IMG/VR virus record: IMGVR_UViG_3300032330_002177 | Coordinates: 1 to 64,000 of that record | Source: a virus | Lineage: Duplodnaviria; Caudoviricetes | Reading direction: 5' to 3' (one strand) | DNA length: 64,000 nt | Program-made: the position numbers and the translations under genes | Part shown: positions 40,152 through 49,378 of the stretch, piece after piece | How positions within the stretch are numbered: the stretch's first letter is position 1 | Layout: every line of letters begins with the position of its first letter | The notes under the pieces: model-generated | The model's input: the letters and a program-made list of their open reading frames with translations, nothing else | Database searches by the model: none | Told to the model about the DNA's origin: nothing

Positions 40152-40386
40152 TACAGGATGGTGTATGCCATGTAAAGCATTTGCCCCAGTGTTTGATTCA
40201 GTAATGTCTGAAACAGGAGTTAGTTATAATAAGATTGACGCTCAGGTTAGTCCTGATTTAGCTTTACAATATAATGTTACAAGTGTTCCAACATTAATAT
40301 TTGAAAAAGATGGTACTGTAGTACATAGACATACTGGGGTCATGTCTCGTATCCAATTAGTGGATATTATCAATAAATTTAGATAG
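40129..40386 (+). CDS. Thioredoxin
   Basis: WCMPCK, SVPTLI. Confidence 0.9.
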   Translation: MLTIKYFSTGWCMPCKAFAPVFDSVMSETGVSYNKIDAQVSPDLALQYNVTSVPTLIFEKDGTVVHRHTGVMSRIQLVDIINKFR

Positions 40387-40388
40387 GT

Positions 40389-40414
40389 TGACCTCGACTT
40401 TTGTGCTATCTTTA
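40389..40414 (+). promoter_or_regulatory. TGACC-N13-TAnnTTTA promoter
   Basis: TGACC-TCGACTTTTGTGC-TATCTTTA; next copy at 40545. Confidence 0.75.
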
Positions 40415-40437
40415 TTATATAAGAAAAATAAGAAAAA

Positions 40438-40539
40438 ATGGGAACAAGTATTACAATCGCAGAATTTATAATTATTAGTTGTTTGACCATAATTGGTTAT
40501 GTAGTAATTAAAGCCGCTTATGATACGTGGATCAAATAA
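40438..40539 (+). CDS. 33-aa single-helix membrane peptide
   Basis: MGTSITIAEFIIISCLTIIGYVVIKAAYDTWIK*, between two promoter copies. Confidence 0.55.
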   Translation: MGTSITIAEFIIISCLTIIGYVVIKAAYDTWIK

Positions 40540-40600
40540 TTGTTTGACCCGGATTGACTTACTAAATTTATTATATAAATAAAAATTAAAAATAAAAGTT

Positions 40601-41389
40601 ATGAAAAATGTATTCACAGAAATGTCGATGGAGGACATTAAAAACTCAGCTCCAAGTATTTTCCAGAAAAAACAAAAAGCGAATTTAAGTGAACACTACG
40701 TTCACATTCCGACCGATCAAGTTATTAATGATATGATTTCATTAGGTTGGAAACCATGTCAAGCAGTTGAAATTAAGGCTCGTAAAAAGAGTACTAAAGG
40801 TTATCAACGCCACATGATTAAGTTTTTTAATCCAAGTATTACTATTGAAGGTAAAAATGGTGATGATGTGTTTCCACAAATTCTATTAACAAATAGTCAT
40901 GACGGTTTAAGTTCATTTAAATTCCAAATTGGATTATTTAGATTAGTATGTTCAAATGGGATGGTTGTTTGTGATACTAATTATGGTGACTTTAAATTAC
41001 GTCACATGGGTTATTCGTTTAGTGAATTACAAACTAAAATTAATGAAGCCGTTGAATCGTTTCCAGGTTTAGTAGAAAAAATTAACGAGTTTCAAAATGT
41101 TGAATTGAGTGATATTCAAATAACTGAGTTTGCAGGTAAAGCAGCTATGATTCGTTTTGGAGAAAATGTAGCGGTTGATTTAGATGAATTATTAGAAGTT
41201 GAACGTAATGAAGATTCAGGTAACAGTTTATGGACTGTGTTTAATCGAGTTCAAGAAAAATTGATTACAGGTGGTTGTAGTTATAAAATGGGAGCGAAAA
41301 TGCGTAAAGCAAGAGCCGTTAAGAATTTCAGCCAGGATTTAAAGATAAATGAAGCGTTATGGGAATTAGCTGAGGAGTACGTTAACTAG
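40601..41389 (+). CDS. DUF932-family protein
   Basis: LTNSHDG.SSF...GLFRLVCSNG, LWTVFNRVQE. Confidence 0.85.
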   Translation: MKNVFTEMSMEDIKNSAPSIFQKKQKANLSEHYVHIPTDQVINDMISLGWKPCQAVEIKARKKSTKGYQRHMIKFFNPSITIEGKNGDDVFPQILLTNSHDGLSSFKFQIGLFRLVCSNGMVVCDTNYGDFKLRHMGYSFSELQTKINEAVESFPGLVEKINEFQNVELSDIQITEFAGKAAMIRFGENVAVDLDELLEVERNEDSGNSLWTVFNRVQEKLITGGCSYKMGAKMRKARAVKNFSQDLKINEALWELAEEYVN

Positions 41390-41425
41390 TACTCCCAGCT
41401 CCATATTTATACTAAACGCTAACCA

Positions 41426-41719
41426 ATGATATTCGAATTTAAATCAATGGCTGAGTTTAAAGCCAGATTAGAGAGCAATGACTTAAGAATGTCTGTTGAG
41501 ATATTTAGTCAGGTAAAAAAAGCGTTTTATAGTAAAGTAAATAGGAAAAAAGTAACAGCTTTTACAGTTATAATTGGTGGTGAGGAGATAGATTTCATAC
41601 TGGAGCGTCAATATTGGGTTAAATCATTAACGACATGTATGAATGCATTTGCTGAAGTAGATATGTTTGAGGAGTGTATAGAGATTCAAAAAATGATTAG
41701 AGAATTAGAAACCGTATAA
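41426..41719 (+). CDS. Small protein with UVR-like motif, similar to 38109
   Basis: W..SL..C...F.EVDMFEECIEIQ. Confidence 0.55.
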   Translation: MIFEFKSMAEFKARLESNDLRMSVEIFSQVKKAFYSKVNRKKVTAFTVIIGGEEIDFILERQYWVKSLTTCMNAFAEVDMFEECIEIQKMIRELETV

Positions 41720-41721
41720 CT

Positions 41722-42108
41722 ATGAATACAAACGATATAACCCGAAAAAATGCTGTTTTGATATTTGAATGGTGTAAAAAAACATTTGGACTTAGTTCTA
41801 TAAATGGAACATATCCTAAATTAGTATTTCATAAAAAAAGAAAAGACATAGCTGGTTATTACGATCCATGGAAAAATGAGATACATGTTTGTAAACCAAA
41901 GCATAGAACGTTTATGGGGTTCATAGGAACAATAATACATGAATATACCCATTACCATCAAAGTATTAAACGACAATATTTTAAACTAGAAAAAATATAT
42001 AGTTATAAAAATCATCCACTCGAACGTGAGGCGAATAGAACTGAGAGACGATATAAATGGATGTGTTATTATGAAACTTTTTCAACCAATCCTTTTATGA
42101 TTGAATAA
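41722..42108 (+). CDS. Zincin-like metallopeptidase
   Basis: AGYY...TIIHEYTHYHQ...HPLEREA. Confidence 0.75.
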   Translation: MNTNDITRKNAVLIFEWCKKTFGLSSINGTYPKLVFHKKRKDIAGYYDPWKNEIHVCKPKHRTFMGFIGTIIHEYTHYHQSIKRQYFKLEKIYSYKNHPLEREANRTERRYKWMCYYETFSTNPFMIE

Positions 42109-42156
42109 AATCTACTAAAATAATTTAAAGAGCATACTTTTTAATTTTTATTTAAC

Positions 42157-42190
42157 GCCCAGGAGTTTCTACTCCAGGGCTCTTTTCTTT
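42157..42190 (+). terminator. Intrinsic terminator
   Basis: GCCCAGGAGT-TTCT-ACTCCAGGGC followed by TCTTTTCTTT. Confidence 0.7.
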
Positions 42191-42242
42191 CATATTTATA
42201 GTACACACACTATTATTAACGAAATTAAACCCCCATGAACCG

Positions 42243-42602
42243 ATGTCAAAAAATCCATTTGAGAAACTCGCTGACAAACTCCTTCATAGGGATAAAAAAG
42301 GTAATGACTTAAAAAAATACAACATTGATTTAAATGGTGTGTTTGGAGGAGGTGTTGATAATAAAGAAATTGAACATGATAGTTATAGAAAATTAATTGG
42401 TACTGCTAAAACATGTTTAAGTAGTCAATTACATTTTTGGTTGAGTAAAAAACAAGGTGAACACTCTTCAAGAATAAAAGCCATAGAGCGTGATATTAAA
42501 ACTTCAGCTAATATCAGTGACCGTATTAACAAAAAGACATATACCCAAGAAGATATTAAAGTATTGAAAGACATACTATCGAAATATGGTTGCCTTGGCT
42601 GA
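42243..42602 (+). CDS. Hypothetical protein
   Basis: ORF after a CATATTTATA motif. Confidence 0.55.
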   Translation: MSKNPFEKLADKLLHRDKKGNDLKKYNIDLNGVFGGGVDNKEIEHDSYRKLIGTAKTCLSSQLHFWLSKKQGEHSSRIKAIERDIKTSANISDRINKKTYTQEDIKVLKDILSKYGCLG

Positions 42603-42648
42603 CCGCCACTATCTAGCTATCTTTATTATATAAGAAAATAAAGAAAGT

Positions 42649-44625
42649 ATGTATAACGAAAACGTAAACAGAGCAATTCAATTACAAATTGAAATCAATA
42701 AACAAATTGATAAATTTGATTGGGTTCAAAAAGAGTTGATTAATGATTTAGAAAATTTATTAGACACATTTAATTCTCATGAATGTGAATTATTGATTGA
42801 GTGGTATAATAAACAATCTAAAAATAATGATGAACAATATGTTCAAATGGAGATTGATTTTTTACAAGAACAAGAAGGTCAATACGCACTTAATCAACAA
42901 TGGGATATGTAATTGACCGGAATTAATTCACTAAATTTATTATATAAATAAAAATAAAAGGTTATGAACACAAAACAAATTTTATACAACGCGTTAACAT
43001 CTCAATTAGAAGTTAAAAAAACTGAATGTGAAACTTATCATAGTGAGGTTTATGAACCATCATTTGAAATATTAAGTGAGAGTATTAAGGAGTGGTTTAC
43101 AAGTAAAATAAATTCGAAATTTACAAAATTTGAGTTTACAGGTGATAAAATTATCTTTAATACAGATGATAGTTCAAGTTGGAGAGATGTTAGTTTTGTA
43201 ATGAGAGGTTATAGTGAAAAGAATTATGTAGAACTAGATTGGAATGGAGAAAATGCTCAATCAGATAATCAATCATCAATAGATAAAGGTATATTAATAG
43301 GTGAATTAGCTACTAATTTTTATTTAGTTGAAGATAGGTTTAAAACAGATTGGTATCCAACTTATCAAAGTATAGTTGATGCTAGAAGAGAATATTTTAA
43401 AAGTCATGAAGAATTAGAATCAGCGTTAAGAAATCTTAAAAATGAAATATGGATTGATTCAATTGAAACAATGAAAAAAATTGGATTTGAAATTAAATCA
43501 TTTAAACCAGATGTTTCATTAGATTGGGATTATGTAAATAATGAACGTGTATATAAAATAAAAACAGATGATAAGAAAATTCAATTACAAGTTGGTCGTT
43601 CACAATATGATACAGCATATATTAGTGGCTATAAAATATTAGGTAAAAAAGGTAATAAATATAGTGTTGAAGCGTATAGAGAAGGTTATGGTTTAGAAAA
43701 AACTAGAACATATGAAGTGTTAGAAAAGAAAATGGAAGATTTTGTTAATAGAGTTAATAGTTGGGAGAATAGAGAAGCGGATGAGCATAAAGCAAAAGCA
43801 GAAATGAGATATATTGAATATACAAAGTAATTTTAACCGCAATAAATTAATTATATTTAAATAAATAAAATAACAAGTTATGAAAATTGAATTTATCAAA
43901 GAATCAAAAGAAACTGGTGTTACAACTTATTACACTAAAGCAGGTGGTTATTATATTAATAACTCATTATCACTTAAGGAACATGAAGCTAGAGAAAAAT
44001 TTGAACGTATTAAAAAAGATGGTCCGAATGCACTTGAACATAAAATAGAAGTAGTTGAAACATTTGAATATAAAGCTAATGAAGAAAAATAAAGATGAAA
44101 TTATTGTTGAAACAATAATCAATAAAATGTTTGAAATAGCAGGCCATAATGTTACATTTGAAGATATTAAAGGTAGAAAAGATAATTGGTATCAACAATG
44201 GACAATGACTGAGGAACAAAACCAGGAATGGAGAGAATGGGGAACCAAATATCTTAAGAAACAAAAACACCTACTTAAATCATATGCTAGTAGACAAATG
44301 GCTATGTTTGATTTAAATTATGGATTAAAAATAGAACAAAATGATAAAATGGAAATATAAACCAAGTGGTAATTGTCCTATTCAAGCAGAAGGATGGTTT
44401 TTAGGGTATTACTTTTATTTCAGATCAAGATATACTCAAGCAATAATTGAATTCAGCAAAACAGAAGCAGGATGGGAAAATGATCTAATACATGCTCGTT
44501 ACATATTATTACATACACCTTATTCTCTTATTGCAGGATGGATACCTAAATGGAAATGTAGGTTGCTAATCTGGAAAGGGTGTTGTATGTTTATATTCAA
44601 ACAAAATAAAAATAAAATAATATAA
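42649..44625 (+). other. Run of hypothetical early genes (42649-42912, 42964-43830, 43880-44092, ~44079-44360, 44341-44625)
   Basis: ORF track; promoter copies at 42600, 42914 and a TAACC variant near 43834. Confidence 0.6.
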
Positions 44626-45384
44626 ATGAAAACAATAGTATTAGGTGATATACATGGGCGGTCTCAATGGAAACTAATAGTTGAAATGGAGAAACCAGAT
44701 CAAGTTATTTTTATAGGTGATTATTTTGACTCATATGATTTAACAGCGGCTGAGCAAATGAAGAATTTTAAAGAGATAATTAACTATAAAGAAACAACTG
44801 ACGCTCATGTTATAATGTTAATAGGTAATCATGACTATCATTACTACCCAGAAATAGGAAATGTAGGTACAAGCGGTTATCAACATACAGCCGCTCCAGC
44901 TATTAGTCAATTAATAGATGAGAATAGAAACCATTTACAAATGGCTTATTCAATTGATGATTATTTATTTACTCATGCTGGTGTTAGTTCAGAATTTATG
45001 GATAATGTGTTTGGTAAGGATGGATGGAAAACAGAAGAAATATCATCATTACTATGTCAACAATTTTGGCACAAACCAAAAACATTTGAATTTGGAATGG
45101 CTGTTGATCTAAAAAAGATGTCATGGTTAGATTCGAGTGGTGATAATAGAGAACAATCACCAATATGGATTAGACCAAGATCATTAATGAATGTTAATTA
45201 TAATACACTACGTAAACAAGTAATTCAAGTAGTTGGTCATACACAAGTTAAAAAATTAGATATTGAAGGAATGGCTACAGGTAATAGATATTATTTTATA
45301 GATTGTTTAGATACAAGTGGAGAATATTTAATAATAGAAGATGGAGTTGTAAAATCTAATACTTGGAAATCCGAAGTAAAATAA
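44626..45384 (+). CDS. Calcineurin-like metallophosphoesterase
   Basis: GDIHG, GDYFD, GNHD, THAG, VGHT. Confidence 0.92.
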   Translation: MKTIVLGDIHGRSQWKLIVEMEKPDQVIFIGDYFDSYDLTAAEQMKNFKEIINYKETTDAHVIMLIGNHDYHYYPEIGNVGTSGYQHTAAPAISQLIDENRNHLQMAYSIDDYLFTHAGVSSEFMDNVFGKDGWKTEEISSLLCQQFWHKPKTFEFGMAVDLKKMSWLDSSGDNREQSPIWIRPRSLMNVNYNTLRKQVIQVVGHTQVKKLDIEGMATGNRYYFIDCLDTSGEYLIIEDGVVKSNTWKSEVK

Positions 45385-45514
45385 CTAAATTAAATTATAT
45401 GAGTCAAGGTAAAAAACAGCAACAGATTGATGATAGTGAAGGTATAGTAACATTCGCTATAGTAGGATTTATAATAACATTAATAACAGTTATAATTCAA
45501 AACTTAATATCATA

Positions 45515-45760
45515 ATGGCTAGACCAAAAGAAATACAAATTGAACCTAAACCACAGAAGTGGGAGCGTAAGTTTGAAGATGATGAATGTACTGAAATATG
45601 GAAGTATGATTCTAAAAAAACAACTAAAGGACCTGTTGAAGTAGTTATAACATATAAAGGCGGTATTGATAAAACAGCAAAATGGAACAAACGAGCTAAA
45701 GAAGCTAAAGACGAACGTCGAACCATTAGACAAATGAATAAAATTAAAAACAAAAAATAA
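45515..45760 (+). CDS. Small basic hypothetical protein
   Basis: MARPKE... ORF. Confidence 0.55.
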   Translation: MARPKEIQIEPKPQKWERKFEDDECTEIWKYDSKKTTKGPVEVVITYKGGIDKTAKWNKRAKEAKDERRTIRQMNKIKNKK

Positions 45761-45884
45761 TTAGCCCTAAGTACACGGGAACGAAAGACAGCCATGGCAT
45801 ACCGTAAGATCTGCTCGCTTAATAGCTCCTAATCGTTAGTAGGCACTGTTGCGCAACTCAGGTGGTGATCTAAAAGTTGTATAT

Positions 45885-45955
45885 TGTGATATGGTGTAAC
45901 GGTAACACTACAGATTTTGATTCTGTCATTTCTGGTTCGAATCCAGGTGTCACAT
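45885..45955 (+). tRNA. tRNA-Gln(TTG)
   Basis: TGTGATA/TGTCACA acceptor; ACAGA-TTTTGAT-TCTGT; GGTTCGAATCC; CCA not encoded. Confidence 0.92.
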
Positions 45956-46078
45956 CTTGCGCAACATGAACACTTATGTTATCCTATTTGTGGGGTGTCA
46001 TAGCAACAAACAAAGTAAGGGGGTCCGTAACAGTTTTGCTGGCTTTAGACAGACGGGCTTAAACAAGCTAGCAGTACT

Positions 46079-46150
46079 GCCGCGTTGGTCAAGGGGTTAA
46101 GACGCGTCCCTTTCACGGACGAGTCACGGGTTCGATTCCCGTACGTGGTA
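46079..46150 (+). tRNA. tRNA-Glu(TTC)
   Basis: GCCGCGT/ACGTGGT acceptor; CGTCC-CTTTCAC-GGACG; GGGTTCGATTCCC; CCA not encoded. Confidence 0.93.
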
Positions 46151-46165
46151 CTAAATTATTAAGTT

Positions 46166-46414
46166 ATGAATTTTGGAACAAACGGATGCATGTATAACTG
46201 TGGTGATAGTTGTACAGGAGAATGTATAGAACCCACGAATGATGAACAATACATAGGTCTTATATTAGACGAAAGAAACGAACACTATATAATTGGTTAT
46301 AGAGAAACATCAGATTTAGAAAAACTAAAAGAGTGGAAGAAAGAAAGGTTAGCGTGTTCTAATGTTATTGATTGTAAAATATTAAAAATTGAAGAAAGTT
46401 ATGAATCTAATTGA
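46166..46414 (+). CDS. Small protein with Cys-rich N-terminus
   Basis: GCMYNCGDSCTGEC. Confidence 0.55.
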   Translation: MNFGTNGCMYNCGDSCTGECIEPTNDEQYIGLILDERNEHYIIGYRETSDLEKLKEWKKERLACSNVIDCKILKIEESYESN

Positions 46415-47522
46415 TACAGAATACCAAGACTTACTTTGCTACATTCTAGGTAATGGAGTAGAGAAGAAAGACAGAACAGGAACAGGAACACTATCCATAT
46501 TCGGATGGCAGATCAGACACAACATGAAAGATGGCTTTCCACTCCTAACAACAAAGAAGATGCATTGGAAATCAATCGTAACAGAACTACTATGGTTCTT
46601 GCGTGGTGATACCAATATCAAATACCTTGTTGATAATGGATGTCATATATGGGATGGTGATTGCTACCAAAATTATAGAAAGATAGAATTTGAAAGAATA
46701 ATGTCTCAAAAACATGGTGAATATCTTATAAGTAAAGAAGAGTTCATCAACAATATCAAAACCGATGATGAGTTTGCTGAGAAGTGGGGTGAATTAGGAC
46801 CAATTTATGGTAAGCAGTGGAGAGATTGGAGACACCATTACCCTAAAACATATCCTGAAGTAAGTCAATATGAACAATATATAGGTGTTAAGACAATAGA
46901 CCAAATAGCAAACCTAATCTCTGAACTCAAAACAAATCCTGACTCAAGACGATTAATGGTTAATGCTTGGAATGTAGGTGAGTTAGACCAAATGACGCTT
47001 CCACCATGTCATTATGGATTTCAAGTATATACGAGAGAGTTGAGTTATTTTGAACGATACAAGTTAGCGGATATTCAAGGATATGAAGAATATGGAAAAA
47101 GATTTGGCGGGTGGTACTTATTAGATGAAAATAAAGAATCTAATATAAAGGATTGGAATATAAAAAATATACCAACCCGAGCAATCTCTTTAATGTGGAA
47201 CCAACGCTCAGTAGATACATTCCTTGGTTTACCATTCAACATAGCATCTTATGGATTGCTACTCCAAATCATAGCCAAAGAAGTTAATATGGTTCCGGAT
47301 GAATTGATTGGTAATTTAGGTGACGTACACTTATACACAAACCATATTGAGCAAGCTAAAGAGCAAATTGGTAGAGAGCCATTTGAGTTGCCTACATTAA
47401 ATATACTACACAATCCATGTAAGGATATAATACCAACAGATATATCATGTTATAATATATTTGATTTTGAATTAGAAAACTATCAATCACATCCAGCAAT
47501 CAAAGCACCATTAAGTAACTAA
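46401..47522 (+). CDS. thyA: Thymidylate synthase with insertions
   Basis: DRTGTGT, FPLLTTKK, ELLWFLRG, DSRR, LPPCH, QRSVD, PFNIASY, DVHLY. Confidence 0.97.
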   Translation: MNLIDTEYQDLLCYILGNGVEKKDRTGTGTLSIFGWQIRHNMKDGFPLLTTKKMHWKSIVTELLWFLRGDTNIKYLVDNGCHIWDGDCYQNYRKIEFERIMSQKHGEYLISKEEFINNIKTDDEFAEKWGELGPIYGKQWRDWRHHYPKTYPEVSQYEQYIGVKTIDQIANLISELKTNPDSRRLMVNAWNVGELDQMTLPPCHYGFQVYTRELSYFERYKLADIQGYEEYGKRFGGWYLLDENKESNIKDWNIKNIPTRAISLMWNQRSVDTFLGLPFNIASYGLLLQIIAKEVNMVPDELIGNLGDVHLYTNHIEQAKEQIGREPFELPTLNILHNPCKDIIPTDISCYNIFDFELENYQSHPAIKAPLSN

Positions 47523-47523
47523 T

Positions 47524-47727
47524 ATGATGTTAGAATTTAAAAACCCAATCCCGGTTATTGTAGAATGTAATAAAGAAGGTTATGCTATCTATGTACAGAG
47601 TGGTGGTACATTTGAAAATGATATATGGTGTGTAGTACATTGTGATGGAGGTATAGTAAGACATTACCAATCAGATCAAATTAAGATGCGCAAAAATTCA
47701 ACTCTCAGAATAGATAAAAATAAATAA
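47524..47727 (+). CDS. Hypothetical protein
   Basis: ORF directly after thyA. Confidence 0.6.
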   Translation: MMLEFKNPIPVIVECNKEGYAIYVQSGGTFENDIWCVVHCDGGIVRHYQSDQIKMRKNSTLRIDKNK

Positions 47728-47813
47728 TATGTGGTGGACAGTTTTAACATCAATAGTATGTTGGGAATTATTAAGACGATTATATTTTATAATAATGAAT
47801 AAAATGAATAACG

Positions 47814-48122
47814 ATGAGTAAACGTTACGTTTGGCAAAACATAGACAATAATGCTAAACCCACTTCTAATGACTGGTGGCCAATTAAGAAACAACGTAAG
47901 AAACTAGCAACCAAATTTGCATCACACCAGCAATCAGGACGCTATGTACACATTATGGATGATGAGATGTTCAAAACCATTCTCCAAATGCTAGAATCTA
48001 ATACGGATATACAGATGGCTAAAACTATAATATGGAATAGTAAAATCAATGATGAACAAGTAAAAATATTAATAAACAAGTATTGCCGTATACTATTAAA
48101 CAATGATGAAGATAATAAATAA
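47814..48122 (+). CDS. Hypothetical protein
   Basis: ORF track; lacks the YxxRG motif of the downstream array. Confidence 0.55.
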   Translation: MSKRYVWQNIDNNAKPTSNDWWPIKKQRKKLATKFASHQQSGRYVHIMDDEMFKTILQMLESNTDIQMAKTIIWNSKINDEQVKILINKYCRILLNNDEDNK

Positions 48123-48354
48123 ACCATTAAGTGAACTTAATAATATATTACATAACAACGCCGCAGGTAAAAAACACCGTAGATGGAGTATATTCAGACC
48201 ATACACATATAGGGGTGAAGTATCTAGAATATTAAAAATAACAGATCATGAAAGTAAGTCAACAACAATACGTTTTACCAATGGGGGGTTACATAAAACA
48301 ATTAGACGAGTGCGATCAAGAAGATACAGCAATAGTAAAAATAGCATTATTTAA
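48103..48354 (+). CDS. Basic YxxRG-motif peptide 1
   Basis: YTYRGEVSRILKI. Confidence 0.7.
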   Translation: MMKIINKPLSELNNILHNNAAGKKHRRWSIFRPYTYRGEVSRILKITDHESKSTTIRFTNGGLHKTIRRVRSRRYSNSKNSII

Positions 48355-48517
48355 TAAAGCAATAAATAGCATTAACCATAGAAGGTATGTATTTAATAAA
48401 TCATATATACGTCGAGGTAGTAGTAGTAGACGATCTAAAATATTCATTAAAAGGTTTACTAAAGCACATAAATACCCTATAAATTATCAATATACATCAT
48501 CAAGTATAGCTATATAA
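48248..48517 (+). CDS. Basic YxxRG-motif peptide 2 (start uncertain; in-frame ATA at 48341 possible)
   Basis: YIRRGSSSRRSKI. Confidence 0.6.
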   Translation: MKVSQQQYVLPMGGYIKQLDECDQEDTAIVKIALFNKAINSINHRRYVFNKSYIRRGSSSRRSKIFIKRFTKAHKYPINYQYTSSSIAI

Positions 48518-48519
48518 TA

Positions 48520-48699
48520 ATGGCATATAAAAAACAATACAACGTACGAGGGATAAAGAATAAACATAGAATAAGAAACAGGCATAAACGATATATTAAC
48601 AGATGGAATAAAATATACATAAACCGTATAGCACAAATTAATAAACAACAACGTATGCTTCATCTACAACATCAGTTAATACAAAAGTATGGTCTATGA
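48520..48699 (+). CDS. Basic YxxRG-motif peptide 3 (59 aa)
   Basis: MAYKKQYNVRGIKNKHRIRNRHKRY...KYGL*. Confidence 0.65.
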   Translation: MAYKKQYNVRGIKNKHRIRNRHKRYINRWNKIYINRIAQINKQQRMLHLQHQLIQKYGL

Positions 48700-48842
48700 C
48701 ATATATTAATAAAGTAATTAAAAAACATTTCACTCATCAATACGCAGATAGAGGTAAAATAAGTAGACGATCAAAGGTAACATGGAAAGGTATATTAAGA
48801 CGAATACGAGCAGCTAAACATCAAAGTAAAATAAGAATATAG
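48696..48842 (+). CDS. Basic YxxRG-motif peptide 4 (48 aa)
   Basis: MTYINKVIKKHFTHQYADRGKISRRSKVTWKGILRRIRAAKHQSKIRI*; ATGA overlap. Confidence 0.75.
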   Translation: MTYINKVIKKHFTHQYADRGKISRRSKVTWKGILRRIRAAKHQSKIRI

Positions 48843-48845
48843 TTA

Positions 48846-49022
48846 ATGAAACATAAACGTAAATTATATCCGAAACGCGGACGGGATAGAAGGCTTGGAA
48901 AAGTCAGTTACCATATCCCAGGGTATATAGAAAGTGAATTAGTTAAAATGATATCAGCACACATACGAGATGAAATTGATAAGGAGATAATAAATAGGTT
49001 AAAGACACATGACATATATTAA
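48846..49022 (+). CDS. Basic YxxRG-motif peptide 5 (58 aa) with capsid-like C-terminal helix
   Basis: MKHKRKLYPKRGRDRRLGKVSYHIPGYIESELVKMISAHIRDEIDKEIINRLKTHDIY*. Confidence 0.7.
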   Translation: MKHKRKLYPKRGRDRRLGKVSYHIPGYIESELVKMISAHIRDEIDKEIINRLKTHDIY

Positions 49023-49119
49023 CAACATAATTAAAAAACAATTCTATCATCGATATACAAGTAGAGGTAAATTAGGTAGACGAATAAAAATGTCATGGCA
49101 TTTAAAAAGTATTATATAG
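49009..49119 (+). CDS. Basic YxxRG-motif peptide 6 (36 aa), close paralog of peptide 4
   Basis: MTYINNIIKKQFYHRYTSRGKLGRRIKMSWHLKSII*. Confidence 0.75.
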   Translation: MTYINNIIKKQFYHRYTSRGKLGRRIKMSWHLKSII

Positions 49120-49247
49120 TAACATTTATTAAGTGGAATGGTCGTTTTAAATTTACATTAAACTACAGAACGAGAGGTAGAATAAGACGTGCAACGTTAG
49201 TAAGATTTAACAAACGATTAATATGGAGACGAAACAAAACAGTGTGA
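49095..49247 (+). CDS. Basic YxxRG-motif peptide 7 (50 aa)
   Basis: MAFKKYYIVTFIKWNGRFKFTLNYRTRGRIRRATLVRFNKRLIWRRNKTV*. Confidence 0.7.
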   Translation: MAFKKYYIVTFIKWNGRFKFTLNYRTRGRIRRATLVRFNKRLIWRRNKTV

Positions 49248-49354
49248 TATATACTAAGGCATTTAAAAAACGTAAACATGGACTCATAATAGATCCAAGT
49301 TATATAAGTAGAGGACTAATAGGACGAATGACGAAAATAATAAATAATAGATAA
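49244..49354 (+). CDS. Basic YxxRG-motif peptide 8 (36 aa, GTG start)
   Basis: MIYTKAFKKRKHGLIIDPSYISRGLIGRMTKIINNR*; GTGA overlap. Confidence 0.65.
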   Translation: MIYTKAFKKRKHGLIIDPSYISRGLIGRMTKIINNR

Positions 49355-49378
49355 TAATCCAGGAATAAATAAAAATAA

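Noticed and set aside
45755-45850. TTAGCCCTAAG resembles part of a pistol ribozyme
   Set aside because: No hairpin loop with the complementary TTAGGG was found nearby; hammerhead and HDV-like cores also did not fit by eye
46401-47522. thyA as a base-modifying hydroxymethylase, or its insertions as inteins or introns
   Set aside because: Canonical dUMP-specific motifs (PCH, QRSVD, FNIASY) are intact; the insertions are short, in frame and lack splicing motifs
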